NCBI GenBank assembly: GCA_012295275.1
Contig: CM022677.1
Location: forward strand, 18,848,001-18,912,000
DNA: 64,000 bases
Origin: Chrysomallon squamiferum
Lineage: Eukaryota > Animalia > Mollusca
Direction: 5' to 3'
Position numbers and translations under genes: made by a program. Positions 13,301 through 25,300 of this stretch are shown here, in pieces; position 1 is the first letter of the stretch, and every line of letters begins with the position of its first letter. The notes beneath the pieces are model-generated. The model did not search any database and was not told the origin of the DNA. It worked only from the letters and a program-made list of their open reading frames with translations.

Positions 13301-16300
13301 CCTGTTGTCTGGTAGTCAAGAGAGTATCAAACTCGTCTTCATCAGAATCATAGACTTCTGTAAATAGTCCATCATTTACAGGGACTGTTTCCTTACTTTC
13401 AGAAACCTCCTGCACATCCACTAATCTCGAGTCAGCAGTTGACTGAACATAATCACCACCTATCTCTTCGTCATCATCGCGGACGATATTGTCTTCATGT
13501 GGAACATCTGCAACTACTTTGGCTGGCTCATCTGCAAACCCAGCAGCAACACCAACGTCTAAGCCACTGATCTTTTCATCCGAAACTCTTGGAACTTCTT
13601 CAGCCTCTTGACCATATGTTTCCGATTCTTGACGATCTGTTTCAGATTCTTGACGATCTGTTTCAGATTTTGGAACACAGGTTTCGACCTCTGTCACTGT
13701 TCTTTCACTAATATATTCCTGATGTTTATTCTCCTCGACGACAACACTTCTAAAAACTTCAGCAGGAGAAGCCGCAAGCCATTTGACTTCTTCGCTTGAC
13801 ATGGAAGATTCTAACTGAACATCTTCTGGTCTTCGTTCACTTTCTATTGGACTTATCTTGTATTTAGCTAGTTCCAAAAGACTTGAACTGTCAGGTTGCT
13901 CAACTTCTGTTTCTTTTGTTGGTGTATCGTCTGGTAATGCATCTGACGTTCCATCATCTAAAGACATGTATCTCACATCACTTTGATCTGTTTGTTGTTC
14001 ATCTGATATTGAAGGTTGATCACCTTTAAAGGCTTGCGCTGTAGGAGCAGGTTTCTCATGGCAATAGCATGTACTTGTCATGTACATTTCCCTAGTTTCA
14101 ATAGTGACTGTACCATCATCATCAGGTTTTGTTAATTCTTCTAGAGGTTTTATTTCTGATTTACTCATCTCATATGCTGCAGACGCTAACTGTTCAGACC
14201 TGATCATATCGAACTCAGTGTCTGATGGTTCTCTATCTTCAGATTTAGAAAAATCTTCAGCTATTTCACCTTCTGGTTTTGAATCCACTGTTTCAGAATC
14301 TGGTTTGGTGTCTTTCACGTCCACTTCCAATTCTGACTTGTAAGTCATGGAGATTTCTTCCATCTTTTCAATCACTTCTTTAGGCTTGACAGTTTCCTCA
14401 GCTGATTCGAAATCTTGATCTCCCCAACCTGACAAAAGTTCTTTAACAGACAAGCTTCTGGAGGCAAGATCTTCAACGCACTGTACGGGAGTGATGACTC
14501 GTTCTGAAGTGTATCCCGAACTTACACGATCTCTGACACTGACTGAAATATCCTCAGAATAAGCAGTCTCTCGACGCTCTTCAGATATTTTCGTTTCAAA
14601 GATTCCTTTGTCCACTTCTTCGGTTATCTGACTGTCGTCAGTTTCTTGTTCATCTTGAAGTTTGGCATCTTCGTCTTCAACCACTTTTTCTCTTTCGTGT
14701 ATTTTCTCTTCAGCATCTTTTTCGTAATTTTCTTCTTGTTGTTCAAATTCCAGAGCTTCTGTTAATGGTTCTGTAATAGCAATTTCTTCTTCTGTTTCAG
14801 TAAGAAAAGTTAGTACTTTTGTTTCAGGGACAGTAGCTTGTTCCACTCTTTCGGGCACAGTAGTGTGTTCCTCTGTTTCGGACACAAATGTTTCTTCTGT
14901 TTCAGGTACAGTGGTTTCTTCTGTTTCAGGTACAGTGGTTTCTTCTGCTATTTCAAGCATCGTCGTTTTGCGGGTTTCATGCAAAACAGTCTCATCTGTT
15001 TCAGTCGCTGTCGCTCCTTCCTCTACCAGGGGCACAATGCCTTCATCGTCAGCATCAGATACAGCTGTTTCTTGTGTCTCTGTTCCAGTTATTTCCTTTT
15101 CTTCTGTTTCTGTGCCAGTTTCTTCTTCTTCCTGTGTTTCTGTTTCAATTATTTCCTGTTCTTGTGTTTCTGTTTCAGCTGTTTCTTCTTCTTGTGTTTC
15201 TGTTTCAATCATTTCTTCTTCTTGTGTTTCTGTTTGAATTATTTCTTTTTCTTCTGTTTCTGTTTCAGTTGTTTCTTCTTCTTGTGTTTCTGTTTCAATT
15301 ATTTCTTCTTCTTGTGTTTCTGTTTCAAATATTTCTTCTTCTTGTGTTTCTGTTTCAGTTGTTTCTTCTTGTGTTTCTGTTTCAGCTGTTGCTTTTTCTT
15401 CTGTTTCTGTTTCAAAAATTATTTCTTCTTGTGTTTCTGTTTCAATTATTTCTTCTTTTTGTGTTTCTGTTTCAGTTGTTTCTTTTTCTTCTGTTTCAAT
15501 TATTTCTGTTTCTTGTGTTTCTTGTTCTTGTTCTGTTTCAGTCACATCTACTGCTTGTATTTCTTGGAGAATATTTTCTTCAGGAATTTCGCGACTTTCT
15601 GCTGTTTCCGTAACTTCAAGTGAAGAAATTTCTTGTTCCAACGTAATAGCTTGTTCTGTAAATTTCTCACTGACAGAAATTTCCATTTCCTCAATCACCT
15701 TTTGTACGTCTGATTCAGTTATTGAAACAACTTCGGAAATTTCTTCTTGTGTTTCTGATACGACTTTTTCTTCGTGTGTTTTTGATACAGCTGTTTCTTC
15801 TTGTGTTTCAGATACAGCTGTTTCTTCTTGTGTTTCTGATACAGCTGTTTCTTCTTGTGTTTCAGATACAACTGTTTCTTCTTTTGTTTCTGATACAACA
15901 GTTTCTTCTTGTTGTGTTTGAGACATATCTGTTTCTTCTTGTGTTTCTGATACAGCTGTTTCTTCTTGTGTTTCAGATACAACTGTTTCTTCTTGTGTTT
16001 CTGATACAGCTGTTTCTTCTTCTTGTGTTTCAGATACAGCTGTTTCTTCTTCTTGTGTTTCTGATACAACTGTTTCTTGTTGTGTTTCTGATACATCTGT
16101 TTCTTGTTCTTGTATTTCTGATAGAACTGTTTCTTCTACTTGTGTTTCAGATACAACTGTTTCTTCCTTTTTTGTTTCTGATACAAATGTTTCTTCTTGT
16201 GTTTCAGATACAACTATTTCTTCTTCTTGTGTTTCAGATACATCTGTTTCTTCTTCTTGTGTTTCAGATACAGCTGTTTCTTCTTTTGTTTCAGATGCAA

Positions 16301-19300
16301 CAGTTTCTTCTTGTGTTTCAGATACAGCTGTTTCTTCTTGTGTTTGAGACATATCTGTTTCTTCTTGTGTTTCAGATACAACTGTTTCTTCTTCTTGTCT
16401 TTTTGATACAACTGTTTCTTCTTCTGTTTCTGATACAGCTGTTTCTTCTTCTTGTGTTTCTGCTTGAACTGTTTCTTCTTCTTGTGTTTCTGATACAACT
16501 GTTTCTTCTTCTTGTGTTTCTGATACATCTGTTTCTTCTTGTGTTTCAGATACAGCTGTTTCTTCTTCTTTTGTTTCAGATACAGCTGTTTCTTCTTGTG
16601 TTTCTGATACAGCTGTTTCTTCTTGTGTTTCAGATACAACTGTTTCTTCTTCTTTTGTTTCTGATACAACTGTTTCTTCTTGTGCTTCTGATACAACTGT
16701 TTCTTCTTCTGTTTCTGATACAACTGTTTCTTCTTGTATTTCTGATACAACTGTTTCTTCTTGTATTTCTGATACAAGTGTTTCTTCTTGTATTACAGAT
16801 ATATCTGTTTCTTCTTTTGTTTCAGATACAGCTGTTTCTTCTTCTTGTGTTTCTGATACAGCTGTTTCTTCTTGTGTTTGAGATACAGCTGTTTCTTCTT
16901 GTGTTTCTGATAGAGCTGTTTCTTTTTCTTGTGTTTCTGATACAACTGTTTCTTCTTCTTGTGTTTCTGATACAGCTGTTTCTTCTTCTTGTGTTTCAGA
17001 TACAACTGTTTCGTCTTGTGTTTCTGATACAACTGTTTCTTCTTGTGTTTCTGATACAACAGTTTCTTCTTGTCTTTCTGATACAACTGTTTCTTCTTGT
17101 ATTTCTGATACAACTGTTTCTTCTTGTATTTCTGATACAAGTGTTTCTTCTTGTATTACAGATATATCTGTTTCTTCTTTTGTTTCAGATACAGCTGTTT
17201 CTTCTTCTTGTGTTTCTGATACAGCTGTTTCTTCTTGTGTTTGAGATACAGCTGTTTCTTCTTGTGTTTCTGATAGAGCTGTTTCTTTTTCTTGTGTTTC
17301 TGATACAACTGTTTCTTCTTCTTGTGTTTCTGATACAGCTGTTTCTTCTTCTTGTGTTTCAGATACAACTGTTTCGTCTTGTGTTTCTGATACAACTGTT
17401 TCTTCTTGTGTTTCTGATACAACAGTTTCTTCTTGTCTTTCTGATACAACTGTTTCTTCTTGTCTTTCTGATACAACAGTTTCTTCTTGTTTTTCTGATA
17501 CAACTGTTTCTTCTTCTTGTGTTTCTGATACAACTGTTTCTTCTTCTTTTGTTTCTGATACAACTGTTTCCTCTTCTTCTGTTTCTGATACAGCTGTTTC
17601 TTCTTTTTGTGTTTCCGATACAGCTGTTTCTTCCTGTTGTTTTTCCGATACAGCTCTTTCTTCTTGTGTTTCAGATACAGCTGTTTCTTCTTCTTGAGCT
17701 TCTGATTCAACTGTTTCATCTTGTGTTTCATATGCAACTGTTTCTTTTTGTGATTCTGATAGAAATATTTCATCTTGTGTTTCTGATACAGCTGTTTCTT
17801 CTTCTTGTGTTTCTGATACAACTGTTTCTTGTTGTCTTTCTGATACAGCTGCTTCTTCTTGTATTTCTGATAGAACTGTTTCTTCTGGTGTTTCTTGTTT
17901 TGTTTCAGACACAACTGTTTCTTCTTCTTGTTTTTCTGATTCAAGTATTTCTTCTCGTGTTTCTTCTTGTGCTTCTGATACAACCGATTCTTCCTCTGTG
18001 TCTGATATTTCTTCATGCAAAGTACGATCGACTTCCAGCTCTTCTCTGACGAGTTCATCTGGTGCGGTTTCGTCATCAGTCGCCTCTTCTCCAGTTGTTT
18101 CGGGCAAAGAGTCTTCAATGTAGGTTTCGAACGTGTCGTCCTTGGACTCGACAGATGAAGTTAACACATCCGGACTTTTCGCAGACGTCTCTCTTTGCAT
18201 TGAGAAAAGGTTCAGTGTTGCGTCACCGGCAAAGTCATACAGTGACGTATCGAGTGAATCTCGTTCTGGTGATACACTTAATTCTTTTCCATCAGCTTCA
18301 TGGGTCGCAGATTCAACGTTTTCTTCTGTGTATACTTCTTGTTTGTCCTCCTGTATGTCCTTTGGTTGCTCCGTTGCGTCCACATATTCTTCAGTTACTT
18401 CTGCTGTTTCTTTGGTTACTTCCCTTGATTCGTCAGTGACTTCCCAGGTTTGGTCAGTTATTTCCCTTGTTTCTTCACTGACTGCGACTGGTTCTTCAGT
18501 TGCTAGTTCACGCTCTTGCGTCACATCGCTTAATTCTTCAGTTACTTCCCTTGTTTCGTCAGTTACTTCCCTTTGTTCTACTCGCCCTGTTTCGGTTATT
18601 TCAGCTATTTCTTCAGTCGTTTCTCTGTGTTCTTCAACTCTGTCTGTGAATTCAGTCTTGTCAGTGAATTCAGTCTTATCAGTGAACTCAGTCGCATCTT
18701 CCTTCTTATCTGTCAACGTGTAGTCTTCACTCTCTTCAAAATCGGACTCGGGACATTCCGAGATGGGCTCGAACTCTGACCTGACCGACGGCGGCACGTT
18801 CATCTGCTTGCCGATAATAATGTGCAGTTCTTGATCCAGAGGAACTTCGATCTCGGCCTTTGACGTGAAACGTTCTTCTCCAGCCCCAGCAAAAAATGAC
18901 TCATCATCGGCTTTGTCGTACACGACTTCCTCGAAATCAACCGTTTCGTAATACTCCTCACTAGCAAGCGTCTCGGCCCAGAGCTTAGCTTCCATTTCCG
19001 AAGGAGATTTGACGAGGATGTTCGACAGGAAGAAACCGTCGTCGAACGCGTGTTTTCCTCCGTCTAGGTCCAGATTTGGTGGTCTGGGTTTCTCCTGTAG
19101 TTTAGTTTTAGTTCCAGATGTTCGATCTTCTGCTTCTTCTTTAACAGTGTCTGGGGAAACCTCGTCTGAGGCTCGTAAAGGTTTTTCTATGATCTGAGCC
19201 TCGTCAATCTCTTCAAATAGTTCTGTTTGATCCAAGACTGGTTCGACTTCTTTATAGTCAGAGTCACTTTCTTCAGCTTGTTGTAAGACTGGAAATTCAC

Positions 19301-22300
19301 TTTCAGTTGTTGGTAGTTGAGATTTAGTCACTGGAAGTCCGGACTCAGATACTGGAACTTCACTTTCAGTTACTGGAATTTCATTTTCAGTTGTAGAAAA
19401 ACCACTTTCAGTTGTTTTAAGTTCCAATTCAGCTACTGAAATCTCAGTTTCAGTTACTGAAAGTTCAGAGTCAGTTACTGGAAGTTCAGAGTCAGTTACT
19501 GAAAGTTCAGTTTCAGACACTGGAAGTTCAGTTTGTTCTAAGACTGGTTCTTCTTCTTTAAGTTCTGTGTCACTTTCTTCAACTTGTTCTAAGACTGGTT
19601 CCTCTTCTTTAACTTCAGTGTCACTTTCTTCAACTTGTTCTAAGACTGGTTCTTCTTCTTTAAGTTCTGTGTCACTTTCTTCAACTTGTTCTAGGATTGG
19701 TTCTGTTTCTTTAACTTGTTCTAAGATTGGTTCTGTTTGTTTAAGTTCAATCTTACTTTCTTCAACTTGTTCTAAGACTGGTTCCTCTTCTTTAAGTTCT
19801 GTGTCACTTTCTTCAACTTGTTCTAGGATTGGTTCTGTTTCTTTAAGTTCTGTGTCACTTTCTTCAACTTGTTCTAGGATTAGTTCTGTTTCTTTAAGTT
19901 CTGTGTCACTTTCTTCAACTTGTTCTAGGATTGGTTCTGTTTCTTTAAGTTCTGTGTCACTTTCTTCAACTTGTTCTAGGATTGGTTCTGTTTCTTTAAG
20001 TTCTGTGTCACTTTCTTCAACTTGTTCTAGGATTGGTTCTGTTTCTTTAAGTTCTGTGTCACTTTCTTCAACTTGTTCTAGGATTGGTTCTGTTTCTTTA
20101 AGTTCTGTGTCACTTTCTTTAACTTGTTCTAGGATTGGTTCTGTTTCTTTAAGTTCTGTGTCACTTTCTTCAACTTGTTCTAAAACTGGTTCTGTTTCTT
20201 TAAGTTCTGTGTCACTTTCTTCAACTTGTTCTAAGATTGGTTCTGTTTCTTTAAGTTCTGTGTCACTTTCTTCAACTTGTTCTAAGACTGTTTCTGTTTC
20301 TTTAAGTTCTGTGTCACTTTCTTCAACTTCTTCTAAGACTGTTTCTGTTTCTTTAAGTTCTGTGTCACTTTCTTCAACTGGTTCTAAAACTGGTTCTGTT
20401 TCTTTAAGTTCTGTGTCACTTTCTTCAACTTGTTCTAAGACTGTTTCTGTTTCTTTAAGTTCTGTGTCACTTTCTTCAACTTGTTCTAAGACTGTTTCTG
20501 TTTCTTTAAGTTCTGTGTCACTTTCTTCAACTTGTTCTAAGACTGGTTCTGTTTCTTTAAGTTCAATGTCACTTTCTTCAACTGGTTCTAAGACTGGTTC
20601 TTCTTCTTTATATTCTGTGTCACTTCCTTCAAATTGTCGTGGTTTTTTAAGCTCTGTGTCACTTTCCCCAACTTGTCCTGGTTTTTTAAGCTCTGTGTCA
20701 TTTTCTTCAACTTGTTCTGGCTCTTTAAGTTCTGTGTCACTTTCTTCAACTTGCTCTAAGACTGGTTCTGTTTCTTTAAGTTCTGTGTCACTTTCTTCGA
20801 CTTGTTCTTCTTCTTTAAGTTCTGTGTCACTTCCTTCAACTTGTTGTAAGACTGGTTCTTCTTCTTTAAGTTCAATGTCACTTTCTTCAACTTCTTGTTC
20901 TTTAAGTTCTGTGTCACTTTCTTCAACTTGTTCTAAGACTGGTTCTGCTTCTTTAAGTTCTGTGTCACTTTCTTCAACTTGTTCTAAGACTGTTTCTTCT
21001 TCTTTAAGTTCTGTGTCACTTTCTTCAACTTGTTCTAAGACTGGTTCTTCTTCTTTAACTTCTGTGTCACTTTCTTCAATTTGTTCTAAAACTGGTTCTT
21101 CTTCTTTAAGTTCTCTATCACTTTCTTCAACTTGTTCTGTTTCTTTAAGTTCTGTGTCACTTTCTTCAACTTGTTCTAAGACTGGTTCTGTTTCTTTAAG
21201 TTCTCTGTCACTTTCTTCAACTTGTTCTTCTTCTTTAAGTTCTGTGTCACTTCCTTCAACTTGTTGTAAGACTGGTTCTTCTTCTTTAAGTTCAATGTCA
21301 CTTTCTTCAACTTCTTGTTCTTTAAGTTCTGTGTCACTTTCTTCAACTTGTTCTAAGACTGGTTCTGCTTCTTTAAGTTCTGTGTCACTTTCTTCAACTT
21401 GTTCTAAGACTGTTTCTTCTTCTTTAAGTTCTGTGTCACTTTCTTCAACTTGTTCTAAGACTGGTTCTTCTTCTTTAACTTCTGTGTCACTTTCTTCAAT
21501 TTGTTCTAAAACTGGTTCTTCTTCTTTAAGTTCTCTATCACTTTCTTCAACTTGTTCTAAGACTGGTTCTTCTTCTTTATATTCTGTGTCACTTCCTTCA
21601 ACTTGTTCTAAGACTGGTTCTGCTTCTTTAAGTTCTGTGTCACTTTCTTCAACTTGTTCTAAGACTGTTTCTTCTTCTTTAAGTTCTGTGTCACTTTCTT
21701 CAACTTGTTCTAAGACTGGTTCTTCTTCTTTAACTTCTGTGTCACTTTCTTCAATTTGTTCTAAAACTGGTTCTTCTTCTTTAAGTTCTCTATCACTTTC
21801 TTCAACTTGTTCTGTTTCTTTAAGTTCTGTGTCACTTTCTTCAACTTGTTCTAAGACTGGTTCTGTTTCTTTAAGTTCTCTGTCACTTTCTTCAACTTGT
21901 TCTGTTTCTTTAAGTTTTGTGTCACTTTCTTCAACTTGTTCTAAGACTGGTTCTGTTTCTTTAAGTTCTGTGTAACTTTCTTCAACTTGTTTTGAGACAA
22001 TTTCATCATGTTGTACCTCGTCATATTCTTCAGAGACGTCACCTACAGACTGTGATGACGTATCCACAGGAGCAGTGTACCTTGAATGTGTCTTATCCCA
22101 GTGATATTCTATAAAACCTGTATCCACATCAGTCTCCATTATCATCGACTCCTGATTCACTTCACCTTCAGTTTTGAAAATGTAGTCATCTCCTCCTTCC
22201 AGTTTCTGAGCATCTTCTAGATATTCAGCGTCAGTTACTGGGAGTTCAGTTTCAGAAACTGGAAGTTCAGATTCAGTTGTTGGAAGTTCAATTTCTGTTA

Positions 22301-25300
22301 CTGGCAATTCAGACTGAGATACTGGAAGTTCATATTCAGTTACTGGAAGTTCAGATTCAGTTACTGGAAGTTCAGTTTCAGTTACTGGAAGTTCAGATTC
22401 AGTTACTGGAAGTTCAGTTTCAGTTACTGAAAGTTCAGTTTCGGTTACCGGATGTTCAGTTTCAATTACCGGAAGTTCAGTTTCAGTTATTGGAAGTTCA
22501 GTTTCAGTTACAGGAAGTTCAGTTTCAGTTACTGGAAGTTCAGTTTCGGTTTCCGGAAGTTCGGTTTCAGTTACTGCAGGTTCAGTTTCAGTTACTGGAA
22601 GCACGGTTTCAGTTACTGGAAGTTCAGTTTCGGTTACTGGAAGTTCCGTTTCAGCTACTGGAAGTTCAGTTTCAGATACTGGAACTTCAGATTCAGTTAC
22701 TTGAAGTTCGGTTTCAGTTACAAGAAGTTCGGTTTCAGTTACTGGAAGTTCAGTTTCAGTTTCTAGAAGTACAGTTTCAGCTACTGGAAGTTCAGTTTCA
22801 GTTACTGGAAGTTCAGTTACAGTTACTGGAAGTTCAGATTCAGTTACCGGAATTTCAGATTCAGTTACTAGAATTTCAGTTTCAGTTTCTGGAAGCTCAG
22901 ATTCAGTTACTGGAAGTTCAGATTCAGTCGCTGGAAGTTCAATTTCTGTTACTGGAAGTTCAGTTTCAGTTACTGAAAGTTCATATTCAGTTACTGGAAG
23001 TTCAGATTCAGTTACTGGAAGTTCAGATTCAGTTACTGGAAGTTCGGTTTCAGTTACTGGAAGTTCAGTTTCAGTTACTACAGGTTCAGTTTCAGTTACT
23101 GGAAGCACGGTTTCAGTTACTGGAAGTTCAGTTTCGGTTACTGGAAGTTCCGTTTCAGCTACTGGAACTTCAGTTTCAGATACTGGAACTTCAGATTCAG
23201 TTACTTCAAGTTCGGTTTCAGTTACAAGAAGTTCGGTCTCAGTTACTGGAAGTTCAGTTTCAGTTTCTAGAAGTACAGTTTCAGCTACTGGAAGTTCAGT
23301 TTCAGTTGCTGGAAGTTCAGTTACAGTTACTCGAATTTCAGATTCAGTTACTGGAAGTTCAGTTTCAGTTACTGAAAGTTCAGTTTCGGTTACCGGATGT
23401 TCAGTTTCAATTACCGGAAGTTCAGTTTCAGTTATTGGAAGTTCAGTTTCAGTTACAGGAAGTTCAGTTTCAGTTACTGGAAGTTCAGTTTCGGTTTCCG
23501 GAAGTTCGGTTTCAGTTACTGCAGGTTCAGTTTCAGTTACTGGAAGCACGGTTTCAGTTACTGGAAGTTCAGTTTCGGTTACTGGAAGTTCCGTTTCAGC
23601 TACTGGAAGTTCAGTTTCAGATACTGGAACTTCAGATTCAGTTACTTGAAGTTCGGTTTCAGTTACAAGAAGTTCGGTTTCAGTTACTGGAAGTTCAGTT
23701 TCAGTTTCTAGAAGTACAGTTTCAGCTACTGGAAGTTCAGTTTCAGTTACTGGAAGTTCAGTTACAGTTACTGGAAGTTCAGATTCAGTTACCGGAATTT
23801 CAGATTCAGTTACTAGAATTTCAGTTTCAGTTTCTGGAAGCTCAGATTCAGTTACTGGAAGTTCAGATTCAGTCGCTGGAAGTTCAATTTCTGTTACTGG
23901 AAGTTCAGTTTCAGTTACTGAAAGTTCATATTCAGTTACTGGAAGTTCAGATTCAGTTACTGGAAGTTCAGATTCAGTTACTGGAAGTTCGGTTTCAGTT
24001 ACTGGAAGTTCAGTTTCAGTTACTACAGGTTCAGTTTCAGTTACTGGAAGCACGGTTTCAGTTACTGGAAGTTCAGTTTCGGTTACTGGAAGTTCCGTTT
24101 CAGCTACTGGAACTTCAGTTTCAGATACTGGAACTTCAGATTCAGTTACTTCAAGTTCGGTTTCAGTTACAAGAAGTTCGGTCTCAGTTACTGGAAGTTC
24201 AGTTTCAGTTTCTAGAAGTACAGTTTCAGCTACTGGAAGTTCAGTTTCAGTTGCTGGAAGTTCAGTTACAGTTACTCGAATTTCAGATTCAGTTACTGGA
24301 AGTTCAGTTTCAGTTACTGGAATTTCAGATTCAGTTTCTGGAAGTTCAGATTCAGTTACTTCAAGTTCGGTTTCAGTTACAAGAAGTTCGGTTTCAGTTA
24401 CTGGAAGTTCAGTTTCAGTTTCTAGAAGTACAGTTTCAGCTACTGGAAGTTCAGTTTCAGTTGCTGGAAGTTCAGTTACAGTTACTCGAATTTCAGATTC
24501 AGTTACTGGAAGTTCAGTTTCAGCTACTGGAAGTTCAGCTTCAGATAGTGGAACTGCAGTTTCAGATACACGACGTTCAGATTCAGTTACAGGTAAATCA
24601 GCTTTAGTAACTGGAATGCCAACTTCAGTTTTTGATATTCCGAACACGTCAGGTTCTGAAATAATTTCTTCTTTTTCTGACGACGCGACGATGTCACGAC
24701 GTAAGTCATATTCTGTAATAGCCTCTGCAACATCCACTTCAGTTACTGAAGTATCTTCCTCTATCTGACTGTCAAACGTTTCCTTTTCACTTTCAGAAAT
24801 GTCTGATTCTGTGGCAATTTCCCTTTCTTCTTCAATTACTTCTACTGGTTCTCTAGTAACTTCTCTTTCTTCTTCAGTTATTTCTACTGGTTCTGTAGTA
24901 ACTTCTCTTTCTTCTTCAGTTATTTCTACTCGTTCTGTAGTAACTTCTCTTTCTTCTTCAGTTATTTCTACTCGTTCTGTAGTAACTTCTCTTTCTTCTT
25001 CAGTTATTTCTACTCGTTCTGTAGTAACTTCTCTTTCTTCTTCAGTTATTTCTACTCGTTCTCTAGTAACTTCTCTTTCTTCTTCAGTTATTTCAACTGG
25101 TTCTGTACTAACTTCTCTTTCTTCTTCAGTTATTTCTACTGGTTCTGTAGTAACTTCTGTTTCTTCTTCAGTTATTTCTACTGGTTCTGTAGTAACTTCT
25201 GTTTCTTCTTCAGTTATTTCTACTGGTTCTGTGGTAACTTCTCTTTCTTCTTCAAATATTTCTACTGGTTCTGTAGTAACTTTCCTTTCTTCTTCAGTTA

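Noticed and set aside
5939-18118. Lys/Gln-rich alternate-frame minus ORFs (KKKQLYQKH…, [10 protein letters not shown]…)
   Set aside because: Off-frame readings of the same repeats; they end at array borders.
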